Of a stretch of DNA of 64,000 nucleotides, positions 30,034 through 41,948 are shown in pieces. Both the position numbers and the translations under genes were made by a program. The first letter of the stretch is position 1; the number at the start of each line of letters is the position of its first letter. A model generated the notes under the pieces. That model was not told the DNA's origin and did not search any database. It worked only from the letters and a program-made list of their open reading frames with translations. The DNA comes from a bacterium (GTDB lineage: Bacteria > Patescibacteriota > Minisyncoccia > Phycocordibacterales > CAIZLB01): contig JBAXXP010000001.1 of NCBI GenBank assembly GCA_037127815.1, positions 16,936-80,935 on the forward strand. Direction: 5' to 3'.

Positions 30034-30632
30034 ATTTTCATGAATCCTTCGAAAATAAGCTTTTTTCTGTCCAGATAAAGCTTACTCGTCGTATTATACA
30101 TGATTTTATAAATTTTCAAAGAGTCTCGGGTACTATACTGTAATCTACTATAATTTCCACTTCTAAGGTTAAATAAACTTCCACCGTCCAAACCTAAAGA
30201 ATTAAGCATATTAAATAGATTATTTAAGAACATTTTACTAGCAGAAGTAAAGGCTACAAACATCACGGATGTTGGTTTTTTTCTTGTTTTATTAGTATGC
30301 CCTACCCAGATATTTCCATCCCCATCAAAATACCCTCTAATAAAATCTCCTTCATATTTTTTTGGAATGGTAGGAATATCCATTCTTAATGACTTATTTG
30401 GGGTAAGTCCAAGGAGTACAAGGTCATTAAACATTTCTTTGCTTCCAATTTGGACCCTATATACAGACCCCGTTTCTGATTTTATTTCAGATATTTTATG
30501 TGGTAATTTCATTACTTCAGCAATAGAAATAAGAAGTTCCCTGTCAGCCGTATAGAAAGAGATAAAATGAGTATTTCTTTTAGTTTTAATTATGTTACCA
30601 TCTGCAAATAAAAAACCTAAAATATAAGCCAT
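30024..30632 (-). CDS. Double-motif LAGLIDADG homing endonuclease, free-standing in tRNA cluster
   Basis: AYILGFLFADG and FIRGYFDGDG motifs, C-terminal L.RK; stop codon lies inside tRNA-Asp. Confidence 0.88.
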   Translation of the reverse strand: MAYILGFLFADGNIIKTKRNTHFISFYTADRELLISIAEVMKLPHKISEIKSETGSVYRVQIGSKEMFNDLVLLGLTPNKSLRMDIPTIPKKYEGDFIRGYFDGDGNIWVGHTNKTRKKPTSVMFVAFTSASKMFLNNLFNMLNSLGLDGGSLFNLRSGNYSRLQYSTRDSLKIYKIMYNTTSKLYLDRKKLIFEGFMKMRL

Positions 30633-30740
30633 GTTAGGCGACCATTTTTTGAAAAAGTTGTTGTTGTTAATTTTAAATACTGGAGTGGTATTATTATATA
30701 TTCGAAAAAATTAATGACAATTGCGAACATTAAAAAAGTG

Positions 30741-30814
30741 TGTCGACGGGAGGGATCGAACCTCCGACCTTGGGCTTATGAGTCCCACGCTCTAACCAAC
30801 TGAGCTACGTCGAC
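30741..30814 (-). tRNA. tRNA with CAT anticodon (elongator Met or Ile2)
   Basis: GTCGACG/CGTCGAC acceptor, loop CTCATAA, T-loop TTCGATC. Confidence 0.88.
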
Positions 30815-30941
30815 GTACAGACACTATAATACAAAAACACCTAATTTTCAAGCTTTATAGAAGGCTCTATTTTATGCATTTTTTACGATTAATATCTACC
30901 CAGCAAAAAAGCCCCTATTAGGAGCTTTTTTTTTTAAATTG

Positions 30942-31012
30942 TTGCGGAGTCCGGAATTGCACCGGATCTACAAGGTTATGAGCCTCGCGTGCGACTGTAA
31001 CACTCCCCCGCA
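30942..31012 (-). tRNA. tRNA-Met(CAT), initiator-like, atypical
   Basis: TGCGGGG/CTCCGCA acceptor, CGAGG-CTCATAA-CCTTG, T-loop TGCAATT. Confidence 0.75.
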
Positions 31013-31120
31013 ATTTGTATCTATATCAAATATGAATACCTTCGTACTATATAACATATTGTAATAAAAGACAATCCTTTTCAGGTTTTAGTCTAAAATA
31101 CCAAATAGCAATAAGTCAGC

Positions 31121-31903
31121 CTAGATAAAATAGAATTCAGCAAAAACCTTTCTGTATAAATCTATTGTGTTTTGAGCTTGCTCATGTGACAACTCATATG
31201 AAGACCCTTCATGAGCAATGGTGTTTCTAACTTTATGAGCCCTCCATGCCAAATCAAGTGTATTAAAGTCTGAGGACTCAATTGCTTTTAATTTGTCTGC
31301 GATAGTGTCTCCATCGTAACCCATTTGATCAAGCATTTCATATAGCAAAATATCAGCTTCAAGAATTGCCATTCTCCAATCTGAAGAATTTGTAGATGCT
31401 ATGTGACCTAAAATATCTTCCCATTTTTTATTTTCTCCAGATGGATTAAGTACAGGCTTACCGGCAGACAAGTCTGTACCACCTTCAGACACACCTTCTC
31501 CAACACCCCCCTGCGATACACCACTCTGTGAACCCGCAGTACTTGAAATACTTGCGATATAACCTTTTGGTAAACTAGTTTTATACAAAGTAACAATTTC
31601 CTTTTGCTTATTTTTTAAATAAAAGGACGCAAGAAGGAAAAATAGAATTAAAAAAACAGAGAAAAATATCACCATATTAAATAGTGAATTGAATGAGTCC
31701 AGAGCCTGATTTATAAAACCAGTTGAGTCTGTAGTCAACTTTCCTTGTCCGTACCCCAAATTCTCTAAAACTCTTTTCCCGGTTGCAAGATAAATAAGAA
31801 CAATAAAAGCGACAACTGAAAATATCTTAATTTCCAATGCGAACATATGGTCTGAAGCCCCAGCACTTGCTGGTTTTTTTGCATCTGGTTTTTTATCTGC
31901 CAT
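31121..31903 (-). CDS. Hypothetical membrane protein
   Basis: Two TM segments; C-terminal WRMAILEAD..GDTIADKLK..AW.AHKVRN.IAH domain. Confidence 0.7.
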   Translation of the reverse strand: MADKKPDAKKPASAGASDHMFALEIKIFSVVAFIVLIYLATGKRVLENLGYGQGKLTTDSTGFINQALDSFNSLFNMVIFFSVFLILFFLLASFYLKNKQKEIVTLYKTSLPKGYIASISSTAGSQSGVSQGGVGEGVSEGGTDLSAGKPVLNPSGENKKWEDILGHIASTNSSDWRMAILEADILLYEMLDQMGYDGDTIADKLKAIESSDFNTLDLAWRAHKVRNTIAHEGSSYELSHEQAQNTIDLYRKVFAEFYFI

Positions 31904-32024
31904 TGTATTGTAATTCTATCATACTAGATGAGCAAAGAGAAAGACTAATTAGAATATGTACAAATTTTCGATTAAATTCCCCACCAACATACAGTATTAC
32001 TGCCTAAAGTAGAATTAGTTTCCC

Positions 32025-33314
32025 TTACTGGGGGGTGCTGGTGCCGGTGTCAACACAGGTGTTAGTTACATAGTCAAAATATGTGGTCTCCGTTGCTCCA
32101 GCACAGTAAGGTTCAACAGACGTCTTTCTTTGATCAACCGAGGCTGCGCATGTACCATTGGCAGTATTTTCCGTTCCGTCTGTAAGGAACACCAGACCTT
32201 CAGGACAAACAGCCTCAGTAGTACAATCCGTATCCGCTGAATCCACATCATTATCCAAATCATTATCTATACCGTCATGACATGTTGTTAAAGTATTTTC
32301 AGGACGTGATAGAAAAGGGTGAGCACCCGAGTGCAAAAAACCGGCACAATCTGCATCATAATTATCACTAGCTCCATCACCATCATTATCGATATGATCG
32401 TTACAAAGATCTGCTGTATTCTCCTGTGGAGATGGAGAAGTAATGGTATTTACGATTGGAGCAAAGACAGTCTCATAGAAGCTTCCTCCTGAACCATTAG
32501 AAATAGCAGGGGCACCATTTGTAATACCAGCAACGGCATCAACGGAGTCGCTTATATTGGTAGATGCCTCTAAACCATCATGTCCTGCAGGGAAGGGTCT
32601 CTCAGAAACTTCAGATTCACCAGCTCCAACAGTATACTCCACAACACCATACGTGTACCCATTTTCGTTTTCGCCTCCATTATTCAAAACATCAATAGCC
32701 GCAGGACTCGTGTCCCCTAAAATAAAACCAGTTCTCTTGTTTATAATACCACTTGATTCTGACCCACCTCCACTTACTCCAACTTGAGCTGTCAAAATAG
32801 AGTAAGTTGCAAACGTTGTGTCAGTTTTAATTGCCTTATAACAAATCCCTGCTGCATCATCATCATATGGGTGAACGGGTACGGCTGGCATGTATTTTTT
32901 TGCTACCAATGCCGCCGCCGCATTATCAAAGTTTACACAAAGCTGTGTCGTACTATGTGTGGCTGATGCATCAGCCTTTTTAATAAAAAACGAAAGTTTG
33001 TTTGCCCAATTTGCTCTTTGTTCATTGTTGTGTCCAGCCGTTCTCTGCAAACCCAAAACCTTATTTTCCTTTTGATTATTCAGCGCAACGGTAGTTCCAT
33101 CTGTTGGCGGAAATGTATGTGTATCATTATAATAAAGATCTGCAGCTATTCTAAACTGCCTCAAGTCCTCTGTTATCTTTGTATCATTAGTTTTCATTCT
33201 TGTGCTAGCAAGATTATTTAGAACAATTGATGACATTAGTGCGATTATCGCAACAACAACGAGAAGCTCAATTAAAGTGAAAGCTCTTTCTCTATTAGTT
33301 TTAGTTTTCATCAT
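32025..33314 (-). CDS. Orphan type IV pilin-like protein with long C-terminal extension and Cys/Asp-rich repeats
   Basis: A|FTLIELLVVVAIIAL; CNDHIDNDGDGASDNYDADC and CHDGIDNDLDNDVDSADTDC. Confidence 0.82.
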   Translation of the reverse strand: MMKTKTNRERAFTLIELLVVVAIIALMSSIVLNNLASTRMKTNDTKITEDLRQFRIAADLYYNDTHTFPPTDGTTVALNNQKENKVLGLQRTAGHNNEQRANWANKLSFFIKKADASATHSTTQLCVNFDNAAAALVAKKYMPAVPVHPYDDDAAGICYKAIKTDTTFATYSILTAQVGVSGGGSESSGIINKRTGFILGDTSPAAIDVLNNGGENENGYTYGVVEYTVGAGESEVSERPFPAGHDGLEASTNISDSVDAVAGITNGAPAISNGSGGSFYETVFAPIVNTITSPSPQENTADLCNDHIDNDGDGASDNYDADCAGFLHSGAHPFLSRPENTLTTCHDGIDNDLDNDVDSADTDCTTEAVCPEGLVFLTDGTENTANGTCAASVDQRKTSVEPYCAGATETTYFDYVTNTCVDTGTSTPQ

Positions 33315-33379
33315 ACTTATATTATACAGCTTTATCGAAAAAAATCGACAACATAACGCCAAATACAATCAAACAATGA

Positions 33380-34885
33380 CTATCTCACCTCTTCAAACTT
33401 CTTTCCTATTGCAAACAAAACGTCTTCTCTACATGACGGTGCCATGAATTGAATACCAAGTGGTAATTTTATTTTTCCCCCATTATTTTCTATAGAATTT
33501 ACACTTGAAGAATCTTTCTCTTCTGCTTCTACATAACCCGATGGAACAGAAATAGCTGGGATTCCAATTAGGTTTGCAGTAACCGTAAATATATCTTCTA
33601 AATACATTTGAACTGGATCACTAGTATTTTGGCCAATTTTAAAAGCTGGACTTGGTGCTGTTGGTGTCAGGATGACATCAACTTCCTCAAATGCTTTTTT
33701 GAAATCTTGTGCAATCAAATCTCTGACAATATTGGCCTTGTTATAATACGCATCATGATATCCAGATGAAAGCACATAGGTTCCTAAAATTATTCTTCTT
33801 CTAACTTCCTTTCCCAATAATCCCCCTCTGGTATTTAGATAGTCACCAAGTAAATCATCGCCCTCAATTTTTGAACCGTATTTTACAGCATCAAATCTTG
33901 CCATGTTCGATGAAACCTCAGCTGGCATCAAAATATAATAAACAGCTAGTGAATATTTTATATGAGGAAGACTAACTTCTTTTATCTCAACCCCTGCTTT
34001 TTTAAGTTTTTCTATTGATTCATTTAAATTCTTAAGAACAGCTGGATCAATTCCACCCATATTCATAAGCTCAGGAACAATTCCTATTCTTAATTTATTC
34101 AAATCTATTCTTGATGTATTTGCGACTGTATTCTTCACCTCTTCATCTGAAAGTGAGGTTGCGTCATATCTATCCTGTCCTTTTATTACATTAAAAATTT
34201 GTTCCGTTTCTTCAACTGTTTTTGCGATTGGTCCGATTACGTCTAGTGACGACCCCATCGCCATTAGTCCATGACGAGAAACTCTTCCATATGTTGGCTT
34301 AAGTCCAACTACTCCGCAGTAACTTGCGGGTTGTCTAATTGATCCACCTGTATCTGATCCAAGTGAAACAAGTACGGCGTCCATTGCAACCGAAGCCGCT
34401 GATCCACCTGATGAGCCTCCGGCAACACGAGATAAATCATTTGGATTTTTTGTTACCCCATATGCGGAGTTCTCAGTTGAACCTCCCATGGCAAATTCAT
34501 CCATATTCACTCTTCCGATAAAAATAGCTCCGACTGCTTTTAGTTTTGTGATTACATTTGAATCATAGGCGCTAATATAATTTTCCAGGATTTTCGATGA
34601 AGCTCCCGCGTGCTTTCCTTCTGTTAAAATATTGTCCTTGATTGCAAAAGGAATTCCAAGCAGGGCTCTCGCTGAAAGGTCTCCTCCTCCCTTTCTTTCG
34701 TCATCAGCTTTTTTTGCTTGTTCAAGTGCGTCTGCAAAAACCTCTCTAAATGCATTTATATCTTTGTCTTTTAAATTTATTTGATCAAGATAAGCTTGCA
34801 CCAAATCAACACTGGTTAATGTGCCGTTTGCAAACATTTCTTTTACTGATGATATTGTGAGTGATTTTAGATCTATTGTAGTCAT
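33380..34885 (-). CDS. gatA: Asp/Glu-tRNA amidotransferase subunit A
   Basis: KDNI, NMDEFAMGGSTENS, GGSSGGS, GSDTGGSIRQPA, EVRRRIILGT. Confidence 0.96.
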   Translation of the reverse strand: MTTIDLKSLTISSVKEMFANGTLTSVDLVQAYLDQINLKDKDINAFREVFADALEQAKKADDERKGGGDLSARALLGIPFAIKDNILTEGKHAGASSKILENYISAYDSNVITKLKAVGAIFIGRVNMDEFAMGGSTENSAYGVTKNPNDLSRVAGGSSGGSAASVAMDAVLVSLGSDTGGSIRQPASYCGVVGLKPTYGRVSRHGLMAMGSSLDVIGPIAKTVEETEQIFNVIKGQDRYDATSLSDEEVKNTVANTSRIDLNKLRIGIVPELMNMGGIDPAVLKNLNESIEKLKKAGVEIKEVSLPHIKYSLAVYYILMPAEVSSNMARFDAVKYGSKIEGDDLLGDYLNTRGGLLGKEVRRRIILGTYVLSSGYHDAYYNKANIVRDLIAQDFKKAFEEVDVILTPTAPSPAFKIGQNTSDPVQMYLEDIFTVTANLIGIPAISVPSGYVEAEEKDSSSVNSIENNGGKIKLPLGIQFMAPSCREDVLFAIGKKFEEVR

Positions 34886-34893
34886 ATTTTTTG

Positions 34894-34925
34894 TTGGGGT
34901 CAGGCACCATGGTGCCTGACCCCAA
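34894..34925. repeat. Short palindromic repeat (REP-like) between gatC and gatA
   Basis: TTGGGGTCAGGCACCATGGTGCCTGACCCCAA perfect palindrome. Confidence 0.9.
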
Positions 34926-34929
34926 ATCG

Positions 34930-35238
34930 TTAGCCGAGAATTTTCTTAACCTCCACCAATCCATCTTGATGCTTTGGAGCAGCCTCTACCAGCTTTTGTG
35001 GAACTGGATTAAGCAATTGATCAGCAACATCATCTCTCATTACATTTCTATGAGAAAGATCCGATGGGTTTTTAATTGAAGCGCTTGTAGTATCAGCACC
35101 TTCTGTCACCTCTTGTATTTGATCTACATACTTCAGAATATGGCTTATCTCCGTAGCGTATTGCTCAGCCTCTTCATTTGCAACCTTAATACGTGCAAGG
35201 CTAGCCAATTTTTGTATATCTTCTGATGTGATTGTCAT
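34930..35238 (-). CDS. gatC: Asp/Glu-tRNA amidotransferase subunit C
   Basis: LASLARI, NVMRDD, AP..QDG.VEV; upstream of gatA. Confidence 0.92.
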   Translation of the reverse strand: MTITSEDIQKLASLARIKVANEEAEQYATEISHILKYVDQIQEVTEGADTTSASIKNPSDLSHRNVMRDDVADQLLNPVPQKLVEAAPKHQDGLVEVKKILG

Positions 35239-35343
35239 GTTTGTTATAGTAGCATTATTGGGACGATTTTCAAATGTCGAGGTCTGGTGAGACTTAGGCC
35301 TATCTTCATAAAATGTAGTACATTTTATTAAAATTAAACTCTA

Positions 35344-35601
35344 CTAATAAAGTTCGCTATGCGAACCAATTTCGACTAGAATAACCACATCTTTCTGACT
35401 TTTATCAAAAATAACTCTAACATCCCCTGTTACATTCAAACTCCATAAATCCTTTAACTTACCAGATAGTCTATGAATATTTAGAGACCTATCACCTGAG
35501 TCTTTTATAAAAATTCCTATTCTAGCCCTGAACTCATTTTTAATTCTTTGGTCCTGTTTTTTAAATTGCTTATCAAATTTATTGGTAGTGGTTATTATCA
35601 T
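35344..35601 (-). CDS. RelE/YafQ-family mRNA interferase toxin
   Basis: F.KQFK, H.LSGKL, S.NVTGD.RVIF, IGSHSELY. Confidence 0.88.
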   Translation of the reverse strand: MIITTTNKFDKQFKKQDQRIKNEFRARIGIFIKDSGDRSLNIHRLSGKLKDLWSLNVTGDVRVIFDKSQKDVVILVEIGSHSELY

Positions 35602-35629
35602 TAGTAAGGTTCATTATGACGACTAGAGA

Positions 35630-35899
35630 TTAAGAATTAAGATGCTTCATTAAATCATTGGTATTATCAAATGGGCCCGAGGTTTTACCTTCTTTATATT
35701 CTTTCCTTGCTTCAACAATTAAAGACTCTAAACGTGGTGTTATGGTTGTTGATGTAGAAAATTCAAGCTGACCAGTTCTTGCAAATTGCTTTAGTGTTGC
35801 GTTCACTATTGAACTCAAAGACAGCCCTAGATCAAAGGCTCTTTGCTGGGCTTGTACCTTTACATCATTATCTATCTTTAGATTGACCTGTGTTTTCAT
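35630..35899 (-). CDS. RelB/DinJ-family antitoxin
   Basis: NLKID..VK..A....LGLSLS, F....DLMKHL; directly upstream of the toxin. Confidence 0.85.
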   Translation of the reverse strand: MKTQVNLKIDNDVKVQAQQRAFDLGLSLSSIVNATLKQFARTGQLEFSTSTTITPRLESLIVEARKEYKEGKTSGPFDNTNDLMKHLNS

Positions 35900-35943
35900 A
35901 TACCATAAGTATATACTTATGGTAGCGTGAGTCAAGTCAACTA

Positions 35944-38091
<2,148 letters not shown>

Positions 38092-38164
38092 TTAACACAA
38101 TTTAAGCACGGGGTCAGTCACGACGGCACTCAAACACCCAATAGTCATACATAGTCCTAAATCA

Positions 38165-38797
38165 TTAGTATTGTACATCCAGACCTCTTTCTACCGTTCT
38201 TGGATTTGCAGTATTACAACCTATTTTATCGGCTGTTACACCAGAATTATATCCTCTAGAAATAATTCTGGTGTAGGGTACGTTTTCTGTATTACCCAAA
38301 TCATCTGTTGCACTATTATAACCTTTAGCAATCACGACTTTTGCACAAGACGGATATCCATCGGTATTATTTGAATAATCAATAATTAAAGTTGAGGTTG
38401 CTGCATCAAAAGACACCATTTTTGATGCATATATTTTACCAGCTCCGCAACGAATAGTTGCATTTTCGGTGGGTATAGGTATAGGTGTAGGTGTAGCTGC
38501 GACAACAGTAGAAGATGCAGAAAATGGACCATCATCCAAAACATTTGTTCCATCAGCATTTTTTACATCCCAAAACTGTACACATTCAGAGCCAGAGTCA
38601 GCTGCATAAAAAGCAATCTGTGAATCTTTTCCTGAGCCTGCAAGAAGTAATTGCTTCAAAATAATATTCCCAATAGAAAAACCAACAGCAAGCAGAAGGC
38701 TTGAGACAACCATAGCCACAAAGAGTGTAAAACCAGAAGATCTGCTTTCTCTTGTGCTGTTCTTTTTGTTTTTCATCAGTTTATTTAAATTAATCAT
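38165..38797 (-). CDS. PilX-like minor pilin
   Basis: G|FTLFVA lacking E5, AFYAADSG.EC. Confidence 0.78.
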   Translation of the reverse strand: MINLNKLMKNKKNSTRESRSSGFTLFVAMVVSSLLLAVGFSIGNIILKQLLLAGSGKDSQIAFYAADSGSECVQFWDVKNADGTNVLDDGPFSASSTVVAATPTPIPIPTENATIRCGAGKIYASKMVSFDAATSTLIIDYSNNTDGYPSCAKVVIAKGYNSATDDLGNTENVPYTRIISRGYNSGVTADKIGCNTANPRTVERGLDVQY

Positions 38798-38818
38798 ATT
38801 GTAATTATATTACTTAAA

Positions 38819-39478
38819 TTATAAACCATTTTTAGAAGCCCAGTTTGTAAAATACTCTTTTAAAGTAAGCTTTGATTGACTACTTCCAGTTTTCCAATAC
38901 ATATTCACAACCATAACAATTTCTTGCGGGACTGCCGGTTGAGTACCTGTAGGCATAGGTACTCTTTCAAAATATATCTCTCTTTTAAATATAGAATCTG
39001 TTACTACACTCCCTGTTGTTTTACCAAAAATACCATCCCCAATCTTTAAAAAATTATCATTGTATGCATCAAATTGATATCCACCAACACCTATAGTCAA
39101 GGATACTGTATTTGTCTTAGTAGTTGCAGCATTAGGAGCCGTCAGTATCATCTTGGTTCCGAATACACCGTCAGCTGTATTATCTCCAAGCCATATTCTT
39201 CTATCAGCATATTTCGCATTATCAACGTAAAACCCCGTAATTCCAATGCTCTGAACATCTCTCAAATTCCTTACATATTCAATTGCCTCCTGCGCCAGAT
39301 AATAAGCGGTCATTTGGTCTCTTGTGTAATACGATGAATGCAAAGCCTGCGCAATAATTCCGAGAGGCCCAATAACAGCAATTGTCAAAATAGAAATTGC
39401 GACCAAAGTTTCTACCATAGTTAAGCCTGCGTTACTTCTCACCTTACCAATATTTAATTTTATTTTTTTCAGGAACAT
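38819..39478 (-). CDS. PilV-like minor pilin
   Basis: G|LTMVETLVAI, AYYLAQEAIE..RN.RD. Confidence 0.8.
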   Translation of the reverse strand: MFLKKIKLNIGKVRSNAGLTMVETLVAISILTIAVIGPLGIIAQALHSSYYTRDQMTAYYLAQEAIEYVRNLRDVQSIGITGFYVDNAKYADRRIWLGDNTADGVFGTKMILTAPNAATTKTNTVSLTIGVGGYQFDAYNDNFLKIGDGIFGKTTGSVVTDSIFKREIYFERVPMPTGTQPAVPQEIVMVVNMYWKTGSSQSKLTLKEYFTNWASKNGL

Positions 39479-39483
39479 ATTTA

Positions 39484-40125
39484 TTATTTTGGTAGATTTA
39501 GATTTCTTTGAGAAATATATGTCTGCACTGTAAAATCAGAAGTCTGGGTTGGGTTCACATTTGCCGTTCCATTCATCGTAAGAAACACACTCGGTTGACC
39601 AGTATAATTTGCAGAGATGGGATTACTCACAACAAATTTTAAATCCTTAATATCAACTTCTGGTGATGTTAATGGATATTGGGAAACGACTTCGGACCCT
39701 GTGCGGGTTTCTTTCCATATTCTACCCTTACCGTCTGTCACTTCACGATAATATCTAACACCTCTTTTTTCACCTGTAATTGTGGATACTAGGGAAATAG
39801 AGAAGAACGACGTATTGGGAGTACAACCATTATCACCAGATAGATTAGAAGTCGTGGATGCTGAAATAACATTCACAGTACAGGTGTAAGCATATCCTGT
39901 TTTAATGTCTCTGACCATACTTTCGACTGCAAAGTTTAAGTTATTAGCTACAGCATTTATTGCTTGAGCTTTTTTGTTACCATCAACGATAGATAAGATT
40001 GCTCCAAGACTCAGAGTCATAACCATAGCAAATAAACTAACAGAAACCATAACCTCAATAAGGGTAAAACCTCTTTTTTGATTGGTATTCTTTTCAGTTT
40101 TATTTTTATTATTATTTCTAATCAT
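39484..40125 (-). CDS. PilW-like minor pilin
   Basis: G|FTLIEVMVS, ESMVRDIK. Confidence 0.8.
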   Translation of the reverse strand: MIRNNNKNKTEKNTNQKRGFTLIEVMVSVSLFAMVMTLSLGAILSIVDGNKKAQAINAVANNLNFAVESMVRDIKTGYAYTCTVNVISASTTSNLSGDNGCTPNTSFFSISLVSTITGEKRGVRYYREVTDGKGRIWKETRTGSEVVSQYPLTSPEVDIKDLKFVVSNPISANYTGQPSVFLTMNGTANVNPTQTSDFTVQTYISQRNLNLPK

Positions 40126-40167
40126 TTTTTTATTATTTACTATTTTTCAATAGAACCTCACATTATT

Positions 40168-40869
40168 TTACGGAATTGGAGTAGTGGGTGTTGTACAATT
40201 AAGTCCTGGATTAGGAACCCCCGGATTCTCAACTCTTATCTGCCCAGTAACTTCAACTACAATAGCTCTACAGTTTGTCCCCTCCGCATTGTTTACAATA
40301 ATTCTTGCAGGACCCACAGCCTGAGTGACACCAAGACTAGCATCAACAACATAAAAAGTAGCCTCAGGATTTGGTCTTTTAAACATTATAGCTAGTTTTT
40401 CACTAGATTGCAGAGACATACAGGCAGGGTCAGTACCATGGGCGACGCAAGCTCCTGTAATTTTATTTCCTCTCTGGTTCTGAATTTGATACATTGATTG
40501 AACTTCTGATGGTTGACCATCAGACTCAAGTATGCGGGGCACTTTGTTATCATCAGCGTCACCAAATACAACAACTTGATTTGAAATTCCCATATCAAAA
40601 TACGCACCATATCCCATATTAAAATTAGGATTGGCAGAGGCTGTTGCTCTCACTCCAATACCATAGGTCTGTGCCTCTCTTACAGAAAGTGCAGTCTCAT
40701 ACGCAAGGTTCGTTATCAAAATACTACTATTCAATCCAGTCTGATTAAATAATGCAGCACCCATAATTACAGCAAAAATACCAAGAACAACAATAAGCTC
40801 AATCATAGTAAACCCCCCATTCTTTAGCTTTACAATCTGCTTATTTTTTTTAGAAAAAATTACCTTCAT
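40168..40869 (-). CDS. FimT/GspH-like minor pilin
   Basis: G|FTMIELIVV, REAQ, GYG.YF. Confidence 0.8.
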   Translation of the reverse strand: MKVIFSKKNKQIVKLKNGGFTMIELIVVLGIFAVIMGAALFNQTGLNSSILITNLAYETALSVREAQTYGIGVRATASANPNFNMGYGAYFDMGISNQVVVFGDADDNKVPRILESDGQPSEVQSMYQIQNQRGNKITGACVAHGTDPACMSLQSSEKLAIMFKRPNPEATFYVVDASLGVTQAVGPARIIVNNAEGTNCRAIVVEVTGQIRVENPGVPNPGLNCTTPTTPIP

Positions 40870-40910
40870 TAGCTATATTGTAACACAACAGAAAACAAGA
40901 AAATAGTAAA

Positions 40911-41813
40911 TTATGAATTAAATATCGCAAGAAAATCCATTACAGAAATATTTAAGAAGAATACAATCAACAGTCCAAGTATTAGGAATGGTGCAAACGG
41001 TATCTCACTTTGAAATTTAACAGAATACAGTTGCTTGAAATCACTTTGTATTCCCATTCTATTCTTTCTGTTTGCCGTCTTTTTTGATATAAATTTCATC
41101 ACAGCAACGCCTCCCATTGCAATAAGTGATATTATTGCTCCAATCCAGAAGGCAAAAACAACAGCTGAGAAGCCATATTTAACTCCAAGAAGCCATCCGA
41201 TTCCTAACCCGAGCTTTGCATCACCAAGTCCCATCCACTTCCCTCCTGAGATAAGCCAAATGAAATAGAATGGAAATGCAACGAAGATTCCAGAAAGTAG
41301 CATCATATACCCATCAAAGTTCAGTGGTATGCCAAAAAGAATACTAGAAGTTTCATAATTGAAGCTGAGAAAAATCTGAAGAAATGCTATAGCAGCAAAT
41401 GCGTATGAGAATTCATCGGGAATAATTTTATGCTTGAAATCATAAACTGTCATCAGAACCAGCAAACACATAATTATTAAAGATACCCCTACAGATACAC
41501 CAAAAATTAATGGCGACACCTCAAGTATTGCTGCGTTTTTTAAATATACAAACAAAAACAGAACGGCAGTGAAAATCTCTACCAATACATATTGTGGAGA
41601 TATCTTACTTTTACACGTTCTACATTTTCCTTTTAGGAATATCCAACTGAAAATTGGGAACAGGTCTATTACAGACAATGTTCTTCTGCACGATGGACAT
41701 TTAGAGCGACCCCCCAACCCCCTCCCTGTATTAAATCTATATAAAACTACATTCAAGAAACTTCCAATAATGGCGCCAAAAATAAAAAAGGCAAATGATA
41801 AGAAAATGGTCAT
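40911..41813 (-). CDS. pilD: Prepilin peptidase
   Basis: GSFLNV, RSKCPSC, GKCRTC, YD..H.IIPD, MGLGDAKL, IPFAPFL. Confidence 0.93.
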   Translation of the reverse strand: MTIFLSFAFFIFGAIIGSFLNVVLYRFNTGRGLGGRSKCPSCRRTLSVIDLFPIFSWIFLKGKCRTCKSKISPQYVLVEIFTAVLFLFVYLKNAAILEVSPLIFGVSVGVSLIIMCLLVLMTVYDFKHKIIPDEFSYAFAAIAFLQIFLSFNYETSSILFGIPLNFDGYMMLLSGIFVAFPFYFIWLISGGKWMGLGDAKLGLGIGWLLGVKYGFSAVVFAFWIGAIISLIAMGGVAVMKFISKKTANRKNRMGIQSDFKQLYSVKFQSEIPFAPFLILGLLIVFFLNISVMDFLAIFNS

Positions 41814-41886
41814 GTCTATATAATACATTATTATTGGTGTGCTGGCGATTGGGTAGTTTCCAGCTGTATTTTGTGATTTTAGAACA

Positions 41887-41926
41887 ACAAAAAAACCGAG
41901 CCGGAATATCTCCAAACTCGGTTTTT
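41887..41926 (-). terminator. Terminator after the major pilin
   Basis: AAAAAACCGAG...CTCGGTTTTT inverted repeat. Confidence 0.7.
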
Positions 41927-41948
41927 AATTCTCCCAAACTATGTCAAA

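Noticed and set aside
30024-30632. LAGLIDADG ORF as part of a tRNA intron
   Set aside because: Both flanking tRNAs are complete and uninterrupted, and there is no room for a group I intron core
35344-35899. DinJ/YafQ-like pair as a novel system
   Set aside because: Ordinary type II toxin-antitoxin arrangement
38110-38141. GGGGTCAG...CACCCAA as another repeat copy
   Set aside because: Only the left 8 bp match and the palindrome is broken; possibly a decayed copy but not supportable
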